A stretch of DNA of 32,000 bases from Candidatus Iainarchaeum sp. (GTDB taxonomy: Archaea; Iainarchaeota; Iainarchaeia; Iainarchaeales; 0-14-0-20-30-16), in contig JAQTTP010000002.1 in assembly GCA_028710695.1 (NCBI GenBank), positions 60,001 through 92,000 of the forward strand, given 5' to 3'. How positions within the stretch are numbered: the first letter of the stretch is position 1; every line of letters begins with the position of its first letter. Positions 13,857 to 21,559 of this stretch are shown piece by piece. Under the pieces are notes generated by a model. The model was not told the origin of the DNA, searched no databases, and was given only the letters and a program-made list of their open reading frames with translations. The translations under genes and the position numbers were made by a program.

Positions 13857-14613
13857 CAAAGAATCCTCCGCCTTGCTTTTTAATATCTATTTCTATACCT
13901 AAGATCTTTCCGGCAACAACATATACTGCCTTTGATGCTTCAGCATCGGGATTACGTAAAATTACCGGCTGTATCTTCTTATAATAGAATGTTTTTCTTA
14001 CCTCTTCATCATATGGCACTACACCATATAGTGGGAGCTCAAGCATACTGATAATATCTCTTTCAGGAATTTCTCCCTTTAATCCAGCATACATATTAAT
14101 TATCAACCCAACTGGCTTTGCATTTATTCTTTGTGCCGCAATTTTTGTTTTCAAAGCATCAGCTATTGATAAAGAATGTGGGTTCACAACCAAAAACACC
14201 TCTGTTGAGGATGCCATTGCTGCCAAGGTATCTTCCCCTATTCCCGCAGGACAATCTAATAATACAAAATCGTATTTTGGTGCTACTTGTTTTATTATTC
14301 CAGGCAATTTAGTTAAATCCAATCTCTGAGTATCTTGCAATCCTAATGACGCAGGCATTATACTTACTTTTTCTGGGCCGTCATAAACAACATCCCAAAC
14401 CCCTGCATCGCCTTTAAGTACATCATTCAAAGTTATTGGGCTTGTTTCCATTCCTAAAATTAAACTTAGGTTAGCCATTGCCAGGTCAGTATCAACCATT
14501 AGCACTTTCTTTCCTTGCCTTGCTAATGCAATACCCAAATTAGCAACTATTGTTGTTTTTCCAACACCACCTTTTCCAGAAGCAAACGCAATAATTCTCA
14601 TCAATATCACCAA
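13828..14613 (-). CDS. MinD/ParA-like P-loop ATPase with a C-terminal amphipathic tail; likely start is the internal Met of MRIIAFASGKGGVGKT
   Basis: Deviant Walker A SGKGGVGKTT, VDTDLAMANLSLILG, DFVLLDCPAGIG. C-terminus GGGFFAWLKRLFSR. Confidence 0.93.
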   Translation of the reverse strand: MVILMRIIAFASGKGGVGKTTIVANLGIALARQGKKVLMVDTDLAMANLSLILGMETSPITLNDVLKGDAGVWDVVYDGPEKVSIMPASLGLQDTQRLDLTKLPGIIKQVAPKYDFVLLDCPAGIGEDTLAAMASSTEVFLVVNPHSLSIADALKTKIAAQRINAKPVGLIINMYAGLKGEIPERDIISMLELPLYGVVPYDEEVRKTFYYKKIQPVILRNPDAEASKAVYVVAGKILGIEIDIKKQGGGFFAWLKRLFSR

Positions 14614-14616
14614 AAA

Positions 14617-15087
14617 TCAAACTTTTACAAAAGACATTATTTTTCTATACTCTTCAAGAAAAATATTCTTTCCATGCACTGCAATATCTTTAGCCACCGC
14701 ATTTAATTCAAATTCGCACAGCCTTGTATCACTTTTTATCATATATACAAATTCATCTTTTTCAAACATGCTTACCCAGCTTCCAACATTAAAATAAAGA
14801 ACTTTATTTTCTCTTTTAAAACTGGAAAACATTTCGTAAAGCTTGTTTGCTAATTCTAATATGTCTGGAGATGAAGAGTAGATCAAACTGTTTTCTTTAA
14901 AAACAACAACGCCCTCTATCAGATGTTTATGCAAAAGACTATCTACAAATTCTCCAAAAGTGTTTTTTAAAATTTCTGGAACTGAGTATTCTTTAGAAAT
15001 ATCTTTGATGTAGCCAATTTGTTCTGCGGGCAATTCTGTGTCATCAATCCCCAGCAGTTTAAATGCTAATTTTGAAAATAGCCCCAT
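14617..15087 (-). CDS. uncharacterised 156-aa protein, possibly roadblock/LC7-like
   Basis: Open frame packed tightly between neighbours. The segment HLIEGVVVFKENSLIYSSS...ELANKLYEMF suggests a roadblock-like pattern by eye only. Confidence 0.7.
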   Translation of the reverse strand: MGLFSKLAFKLLGIDDTELPAEQIGYIKDISKEYSVPEILKNTFGEFVDSLLHKHLIEGVVVFKENSLIYSSSPDILELANKLYEMFSSFKRENKVLYFNVGSWVSMFEKDEFVYMIKSDTRLCEFELNAVAKDIAVHGKNIFLEEYRKIMSFVKV

Positions 15088-15576
15088 CTATATCCCTATA
15101 TTTCCCAATCCAATCTCTTTTAGCAGACCGTATTTGTCCTTACCAACCGAAGACTTATCTATATATTTCTCTACTAAAGAAGCTTTATATTCCTTTACGT
15201 AATTATCGAATAATTTCTGATTATTCTGCGATTTGAATAGGATCTTATCATTAAAGGTAACTATTAGCTCCATCTGCTCAGAGGTAAGTTTGAATACATC
15301 AAAACACCCAAATTTTGATGCAAATGAATTAAAAAACAAAGTTGCACTTTCGTCACCATAAACAGATTTATCAAAAGACAAAAAAGAATGCACAGATCCA
15401 ATAACATTTCCAAGTTTAAAGAATATTGCCCCATCTTCAAACCCAAAGCCATTATTATTTGTTACAGAAATATATCCACTAAATTTTTTATTTTCCAAGT
15501 CACTTATTACTTTTCTAACATCGACTTTTGCAACTGAAATATTTTCTGCAACTCTTTCGCCTGTAGGAATATTCAT
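15088..15576 (-). CDS. uncharacterised protein, DUF2226/DUF4388-like N-terminal region (tentative)
   Basis: MNIPTGERVAENISVAKVDVRKVISDLENKKFSGYISVTNNNGFGFEDGAIFFKLGNVIGS has the pattern of an effector-like beta domain. Directly abuts the downstream gene. Confidence 0.7.
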   Translation of the reverse strand: MNIPTGERVAENISVAKVDVRKVISDLENKKFSGYISVTNNNGFGFEDGAIFFKLGNVIGSVHSFLSFDKSVYGDESATLFFNSFASKFGCFDVFKLTSEQMELIVTFNDKILFKSQNNQKLFDNYVKEYKASLVEKYIDKSSVGKDKYGLLKEIGLGNIGI

Positions 15577-15590
15577 AAAATCACACCTAA

Positions 15591-16049
15591 CTATCTTCTT
15601 TCTTTATCTAATATAATAACATAATCCGCAGAATTCTTTAATGCTGCACCAGAAGATTCATCAACTAAAATTACAGCAACATCTTTTCCATGCTGTTTTG
15701 CTTTAACAATTACTGGCAAAAAGTCTGAATCTCTTGTTACTAAACAAATCATATCAATATGCTGATTGAAAACTGTTTCAGTTGCTTCAACAGCCATTAT
15801 TACATCAATATCAGAAACACAAACAGAAACTTCAAAGCCCTGATTTATTACTGCTTCAACTAATTTTCCTGGTGCAAATTGGTTCAAATAAACTTTTCCA
15901 ATTTTCATAGTTCCCATTTTATTTATTAGCCCTTTTATTTTTCCTAAATCCAAACTAAATTCTTTTCTCAACATGTTTGGACCATCAATAAAAACAGCAA
16001 TATTTTTTGCGGTTTTTTTCTTCAACCTACTCAAAACACTCTCAAACAT
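15591..16049 (-). CDS. NYN/PIN-like ribonuclease-domain protein (LabA/TIGR00288-like)
   Basis: NIAVFIDGPNML, acidic residues in VSVCVSDIDVIMAVEATE, and CLVTRDSDFLPVIVKAKQHGKDVAVI. Confidence 0.88.
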   Translation of the reverse strand: MFESVLSRLKKKTAKNIAVFIDGPNMLRKEFSLDLGKIKGLINKMGTMKIGKVYLNQFAPGKLVEAVINQGFEVSVCVSDIDVIMAVEATETVFNQHIDMICLVTRDSDFLPVIVKAKQHGKDVAVILVDESSGAALKNSADYVIILDKERR

Positions 16050-16072
16050 AGCAACACCTTTTTAATTTAATT

Positions 16073-18745
16073 TTACTCCACTTTATGTCCATAATAACTA
16101 TCAAATAAAGCAACTTGGCTTGAAACTTCATCCTTAAACATATACTCTTTTCTTAACAAAGTATCAATGTTTTCAATCTTTATATTTTTCCAAATTGTTC
16201 CTATTAAAGATCTCAAACTTTCCATACTTATTCTTGGATCCAAAATATGTTCTTGCTCAACTTCATGCTCCATCAAATTAATATCTGACAATGAAGATAA
16301 TAATTTTGTTTTTGGATTCTGCGGAACATCCATTGATTTTATTACGAAATAAACATTTCTTCTTCCCCTTTTTTCTTTTCTTACTAAACCCGCACCAATA
16401 AATCTATCCATCATATTCTTCAATTTGATTTCACCAAAATTGCTTACTTCTCCAAGATATTCTACATCAAAACCCTTATTCTGTGGAAGTTTCAACAACA
16501 ATCTTAAATCATCTGCATCAAATGCTTTAATTTCATTTAAACCTTTTGAATATACAAAAGCATTATCCATATCATGTACAAACTCTATTTTCACAGGATC
16601 AACATAGCACAAGTTTGTAACAAATCCGCCATCATCACTATAAACTTTATAGTCTACTTTTAATATTGGCCTATAAACTGTACTAACAACATAATTATTC
16701 CAAGATAAACTTCTTTTTGCAATCCCATCAATCTGTTCTTTATTGTATTTTTCTTCCATTACTGGATATTTTACTTTTTCTCTATATTCTTCTTGCTCTT
16801 CATCTTTTTCTATGTAAATATATTCATCTTCTAATTGTGCACCTTTGTCAACTAACTTTGCCAAAAATTTATCAAAAGAAATTTCTGCTTTGTATTTCAT
16901 ATTCAAAATTTTCAAAAGAGTTTTTACAGAATGCAAATCTAAAGAGCCATACCTGTCTAACTTACTCAAACCAATTTCGCCCATGATGTCCAATAATTCT
17001 GATTCCTTGTAATGATATTTAACTTCTGCAGTCTGTGTTTCTCTACCCTCGTGCTGTGACATTCTCGGCCTTACTTTCAATACAAACGCCCTAGAAGTTG
17101 TTTCAACTCTATCTGCAACTAATGGAACACCAACCTCTAATCTCTTTATGAAACTTGGCTTTCTGAATTCTGCAGGCACAATTGTTGGAATTCTTCTATA
17201 TACTGCTTTAATATCATCATCAAATACAAGCTTGTATGAAATCAAAGTTCCAACTTGTGACAAAACCCTTGTATCAATTGCTGATGGTTGCTGTGTTGCA
17301 AATATTAAAGAACATCCAGGCCTTCTTCCTTGCTTAACATATTCTATCAATGCTTTTGATGCTGGAGTTTCAAGGGTTCCGGATGGTATTAGTGTGTGCG
17401 CTTCATCAATAAACAACCAAGTTGGAGGAACATCCATTTCTAAATTATCAACTTTGTTATTTTCTTCTTCGCTGAACTTTTTAACTGCTTGATTTCTTGT
17501 TGCAATTTTTCTTGCTGCTAAAATCCTTCTTGCTAAAACACCAACTAAAAGTGCTGAAACTGTTTCATCCAAAAAACTAACATCAATTATTGTTAATTGC
17601 CCTGGAACAGAAATCTCCATTAAAGGAGTACCATTCTTTGCAAATACACCCCAAGATTTTGCTGCTTCAAATCTTGAAACCAATGCTCTCAGAGAATCTC
17701 TTTTATAACCCTTGTCTTTTGAGTTTATTTCTGCGTCATCTCTTAAACAATTTATTATATCATCAATATCAAAATTACTTCCTTTTCCTTTTACAATTAA
17801 ACTATCCATTGTTCTATACCCATCTTTAATTTTTGTTAATGATTTTTCTAACAATAATCCTAATGGACTAAATCTGTCTAATCCAAATGTTAAAGCCCAA
17901 TCTTCTGCAGTCAAGAAAGATGGCTGAATTGTAAAAATTGCATCATATGTTTCTTTTGGAGTTTTTGACTTTGCCCCTTCTGGGATAAATACAAACACAT
18001 TATCTAATCCTTTTGGCTCTAAGCCCCACTCTCTTAGTTGCTTAACTTCACTATCTTGCCTATTTGGGTATTTCATACTCCAAAAAACACCAACAGGATC
18101 TATTACTACCATCCCAACATTCTGGTTCTTCAGGGCCAGCTCTTCTGCTATTACTCCCAAAACATAGGACTTTCCAGATCCCCTTGAACCACATACAAAC
18201 ATTACTTGTGGATCCAAAGAATCAAAGTATACTTCTTTTGCCTCTTCTCCAGTTTCATAAACTTTTCCTAAAAATAATGCCGCTTCTTCCCCGTATTTCT
18301 CAAACACAGACTTCTTTCTTCCAACCATTGCATGGCCAGTCAAAGGGTTTTCTAAAAAAGACAAAGGTATATTTCCTGGAGCATTCAAAAAAGTAGAATT
18401 ATTCTCTATAACATCGCTTTCTTCTGTTTCTATTTCACTAGGCTCGTCTGCAAGCACAATAGGCTCTTCAGGCAATACAACAGTTTCATTGTTCTCTGTA
18501 CCAATCTCTTCTTCTTTTGGGTCTTCAACTTTCACTTTCTTTGCTCTTGTTCTCTTTGGTTTACTTATAGGAGCCAAAGTAGATCCTGTTTCGCCTACAT
18601 TGATTTGGTTTGTCTCATTTTGTTTGCTTTCTGTTTGACTTACTTCTGACTCTTCTTTTTTGTCACCATTGGAGTAAACAACTGTTTTGCCTTCTTCCTT
18701 GTTGTTTGTTCCGTCCATATCATCAAAGAGATCAAATAAGCCCAT
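16073..18745 (-). CDS. large HerA/FtsK-superfamily ATPase with an acidic low-complexity N-terminus and an additional C-terminal region
   Basis: Walker A CGSRGSGKSYVLG, Walker B PTWLFIDEAHTLIP, RRPGCSLIFATQQPSAID. Shares the string IDxVGxFWSMK...REWGLEPxG with the 12116..13414 protein. Confidence 0.92.
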   Translation of the reverse strand: MGLFDLFDDMDGTNNKEEGKTVVYSNGDKKEESEVSQTESKQNETNQINVGETGSTLAPISKPKRTRAKKVKVEDPKEEEIGTENNETVVLPEEPIVLADEPSEIETEESDVIENNSTFLNAPGNIPLSFLENPLTGHAMVGRKKSVFEKYGEEAALFLGKVYETGEEAKEVYFDSLDPQVMFVCGSRGSGKSYVLGVIAEELALKNQNVGMVVIDPVGVFWSMKYPNRQDSEVKQLREWGLEPKGLDNVFVFIPEGAKSKTPKETYDAIFTIQPSFLTAEDWALTFGLDRFSPLGLLLEKSLTKIKDGYRTMDSLIVKGKGSNFDIDDIINCLRDDAEINSKDKGYKRDSLRALVSRFEAAKSWGVFAKNGTPLMEISVPGQLTIIDVSFLDETVSALLVGVLARRILAARKIATRNQAVKKFSEEENNKVDNLEMDVPPTWLFIDEAHTLIPSGTLETPASKALIEYVKQGRRPGCSLIFATQQPSAIDTRVLSQVGTLISYKLVFDDDIKAVYRRIPTIVPAEFRKPSFIKRLEVGVPLVADRVETTSRAFVLKVRPRMSQHEGRETQTAEVKYHYKESELLDIMGEIGLSKLDRYGSLDLHSVKTLLKILNMKYKAEISFDKFLAKLVDKGAQLEDEYIYIEKDEEQEEYREKVKYPVMEEKYNKEQIDGIAKRSLSWNNYVVSTVYRPILKVDYKVYSDDGGFVTNLCYVDPVKIEFVHDMDNAFVYSKGLNEIKAFDADDLRLLLKLPQNKGFDVEYLGEVSNFGEIKLKNMMDRFIGAGLVRKEKRGRRNVYFVIKSMDVPQNPKTKLLSSLSDINLMEHEVEQEHILDPRISMESLRSLIGTIWKNIKIENIDTLLRKEYMFKDEVSSQVALFDSYYGHKVE

Positions 18746-18806
18746 ATCTACACACCGATGTTTAATTATACGTTATATAAAAGGAAAAAAGATATATAAA
18801 TATAGC

Positions 18807-18880
18807 TAGCCTTTTACAAAAGGCACAGTCTGCCAAAAGTGGGCCCATCTTCGCCTTATGGCTCGATAGCCCTTATCATT
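18807..18880. ncRNA. candidate structured intergenic RNA, or a terminator plus another element
   Basis: GC-rich island in an AT-rich gap with nested complementary arms: gcctttt/aaaaggc (18809-18824), ggc/gcc, gggc/gccc (18841-18872) and gcc-ttat-ggc. Confidence 0.3.
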
Positions 18881-18913
18881 GAAATTTATTGCAAAAATCT
18901 AGAAAAAGACAAA

Positions 18914-19273
18914 TTAAAGTAATTTGCTTCCATTTTCTGCTTTCTTATCTGGTACTGCCAATACAACCCCTTTATCAGTGTAGAACCCAGTAGTCAAGAC
19001 CTCAGACATAAATTTACCTATCTGCTTAGGGGGAAAATTAGTTACACATACAACTTGCTTTCCTATAAGCTCTTCCTTCTTATACAAAGACACAATTTGT
19101 GCACTTGATACCTTTATCCCAACCTCTTTTCCAAAATCTATTTTCAGTTTATAGGCCGGCTTCTTTGCTTCAGGGTAATCTTCAACACTTACAATAGTTC
19201 CAACCCTCAAATCTACTTTCTCAAAATCATCCCAAGTTATTGTCATACTAATCCCAAATTCCTTTTGAACCAA
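18914..19273 (-). CDS. csaA: CsaA-like tRNA-binding/OB-fold protein; preferred start near 19246 at MTITWDDF
   Basis: FEKVDLRVGTIVSVEDYPEAKKPAYKLKIDFG...SSAQIV...GKQVVCVTNFPPKQIG...SEVLTTGF. Confidence 0.85.
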   Translation of the reverse strand: MVQKEFGISMTITWDDFEKVDLRVGTIVSVEDYPEAKKPAYKLKIDFGKEVGIKVSSAQIVSLYKKEELIGKQVVCVTNFPPKQIGKFMSEVLTTGFYTDKGVVLAVPDKKAENGSKLL

Positions 19274-20211
19274 TAAACTCTTTTATGCCTGCCATCAAAA
19301 ACAGTTATTCCATAAGAGGCATCTGCACCAACAAATACAATAGGTACAATATATGGACCAATAACCTTTCCACCATCAAACAAAGGATTCGTAACATCCA
19401 AAATATGCCACATATCATCTATTTTTATTAAATTAAAAGAATGTGGCCCGTTCGAGGTCTCTGTACCACCATTTTCTTCTGTGTGCTCAAATCTAAATTC
19501 TCCCGCAACATACCTTGATTCCACACCAATTTTTTGTAAAAGAACTTGTGCAAGCATAGAAAGCTCTGAACACATCCCTACTTTCTCTTGCACAAATCTT
19601 GACAAATTTTGTGGGCTGTCAGAGCCAGGATCGTAAGTTTCATCTGCAATCCTTTGTCTTCGGGACTCACTTTGCTCGAAAACAGAATACAAATAATGGG
19701 CAATTAAGGCAATATCTGTTTTTTGTGATTTTGGAAGATGAGGAGCCGAGCCAGAATATTTTGTTATATACTCTTCAACTTCAAAAAATAATTTTCTTAT
19801 TTCTGGGTTATCTAAATCAAGTTTAGTAGCATGCCCAAAAGGAGAAATCGGCAGAACATCTCCTTCTTTTAATTCTTTTACAATTCCACCCCTAAATATT
19901 CCCACGGCATCCGCACCATGGCTTTCTGCAGCAACATATTTGTCCATAAATTTTGCAGCTCTAAAGTTTTTTATTGCGCCTTTAGCAAGCAAGATTTTTT
20001 CTTTATACAAAGGATCTGTCTTGATTTTTTTGACTGCCTCTTTTATTTTTTCAGAATTAGATAATTCTCCTTCTTTTAAATCAAACAAAGATTCTAAAAC
20101 CACTCTACTATGTTCTCTTCTTCCATGTTGAGTTTCAGGAGTTAGTTTATGTTCCATTGCTAAATGACCAATTCTTTTTCTTACTTCCGGACGCAAATTT
20201 CTAAATGGCAT
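19243..20211 (-). CDS. transglutaminase-like domain protein
   Basis: Candidate Cys-His-Asp triad in GMCSELSMLAQVLLQKIGVESRYV, GPHSFNLIKI and WHILDVTNP. Confidence 0.78.
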   Translation of the reverse strand: MPFRNLRPEVRKRIGHLAMEHKLTPETQHGRREHSRVVLESLFDLKEGELSNSEKIKEAVKKIKTDPLYKEKILLAKGAIKNFRAAKFMDKYVAAESHGADAVGIFRGGIVKELKEGDVLPISPFGHATKLDLDNPEIRKLFFEVEEYITKYSGSAPHLPKSQKTDIALIAHYLYSVFEQSESRRQRIADETYDPGSDSPQNLSRFVQEKVGMCSELSMLAQVLLQKIGVESRYVAGEFRFEHTEENGGTETSNGPHSFNLIKIDDMWHILDVTNPLFDGGKVIGPYIVPIVFVGADASYGITVFDGRHKRVYWFKRNLGLV

Positions 20212-20222
20212 AGCACAATCAC

Positions 20223-21458
20223 TTATAATTTTTCTTTGCTTTCTTTTCCAGTTTCTAAATCTTTAATTGTGTATTGTTTATTTTCTAAATCTTTGTCTCC
20301 AAGAATTATTATTTTCTTTGCACCAATATAATTTGCATATTCAAATTGCTTTGATAATCCTTGAACTTCTAAAGCTAATTCTACTGTTCCTTTTTTTCTA
20401 TATTCCTGCGCAATTTTTACTGCTTTTTCATATGCGGCCTCACTTAAAGGAGCAATATAATACTCTACATTTTTTTTGTATTTTTCAAAAATCTTTTTTT
20501 CTTCCAAAAACAAAATCAAACCTGGAACTCCAGATCCAAATCCAATTGCAGGAATTTTTTCTTTTACAAAAGTGGAAATCAGATCTTCATATGCTCCGCC
20601 GCCTTCAATTGCTCTTCCGCCAGAAGTTGTAAAAGTTTCAAACACTACATCCGTGTAGTAATCCAACCCTCTAACAATTATTGGATCAAATTTCGCAGAT
20701 TTAACACTATATAATTTCAGGTAATCAAACATTTCTTCCAAATCTTTTTTTGCTTTTTCGCCAATAGCATCTAATTTTTTAAAATCTTTTAGAGTTGCTG
20801 TTTTTAAAAAATATATTTTTTCTATTTGTTCTTTTTTTAATCCAATTTCTTTTAAACATTTTTCAAATTCTGCTCTTGGTACTTTTTCAATTCCATCTAT
20901 CTCTTTCATTATTTCTTTTTTGTTTTTTATTTCAATAGAATCTAAAAAAGAATCCAATAGTTTTCTTGAATTTATTCTTATTACAAAGTCTTTGTCTTTT
21001 AATCCCAAAGAAATTAAAAAGTCATAATACAATGCAATTGTTTCTGCTGCGACTTTTGGGTTATATTTTCCAATTACATCATAGTTCAATTGGAAGAATT
21101 CTCTATCTCTTGCTTTTTGTGGCTGCTCGTATCTATAGCACCTTGGCATAGAAAACCATTTTATTGGTTTTTTCAATTCTTTATTTTTCTTAGCAACCAT
21201 TCTTGCTAGAGACGGAGTCATTTCAGGCCTCAATGCCAATTGCCTATCAGATTTATCTTTAAAAGTATACATTTGCTCAGGAAGTTCTCCACCTGATTTC
21301 TCAAGCCAAAGCTCAGCAGATTCAATTATTGGGGCTTCATACTCTTCAGCACCGTATTTTCTACAGGTTTCCTTCCACTTATCAAAGATATAGTTTACTT
21401 TACTCATAAGTTCAGGATAATAATCATTCATTCCCTTTAAAGGCTCTAGAGATACCAT
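20223..21458 (-). CDS. hisS: histidyl-tRNA synthetase
   Basis: LKGMNDYYPE, class II motif 2 region (MPRCYRYEQPQKARDREFFQ), RGLDYYTDVVFE and GGGAYEDL. Confidence 0.95.
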   Translation of the reverse strand: MVSLEPLKGMNDYYPELMSKVNYIFDKWKETCRKYGAEEYEAPIIESAELWLEKSGGELPEQMYTFKDKSDRQLALRPEMTPSLARMVAKKNKELKKPIKWFSMPRCYRYEQPQKARDREFFQLNYDVIGKYNPKVAAETIALYYDFLISLGLKDKDFVIRINSRKLLDSFLDSIEIKNKKEIMKEIDGIEKVPRAEFEKCLKEIGLKKEQIEKIYFLKTATLKDFKKLDAIGEKAKKDLEEMFDYLKLYSVKSAKFDPIIVRGLDYYTDVVFETFTTSGGRAIEGGGAYEDLISTFVKEKIPAIGFGSGVPGLILFLEEKKIFEKYKKNVEYYIAPLSEAAYEKAVKIAQEYRKKGTVELALEVQGLSKQFEYANYIGAKKIIILGDKDLENKQYTIKDLETGKESKEKL

Positions 21459-21559
21459 AAAACCACCACAATCACAAATTATTCATAAAATACTAGTATA
21501 TTTAACAATAAAAAGTATTTATAGGTTTGTAACAAACAAAGTAAAGGAAAAGCAAGGGA

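Noticed and set aside
11661-18745. Calling the HerA/NYN/MinD cluster a defence system
   Set aside because: There are no integrase, transposase, restriction, toxin or CRISPR genes nearby, and the LSm and MinD partners are equally consistent with a housekeeping or segregation role. I kept it as an unassigned module.
18807-18880. Possible tRNA gene in the GC-rich intergenic island
   Set aside because: Neither strand shows a T-arm GTTCRANNC motif or a 7-bp acceptor stem in the correct spacing.
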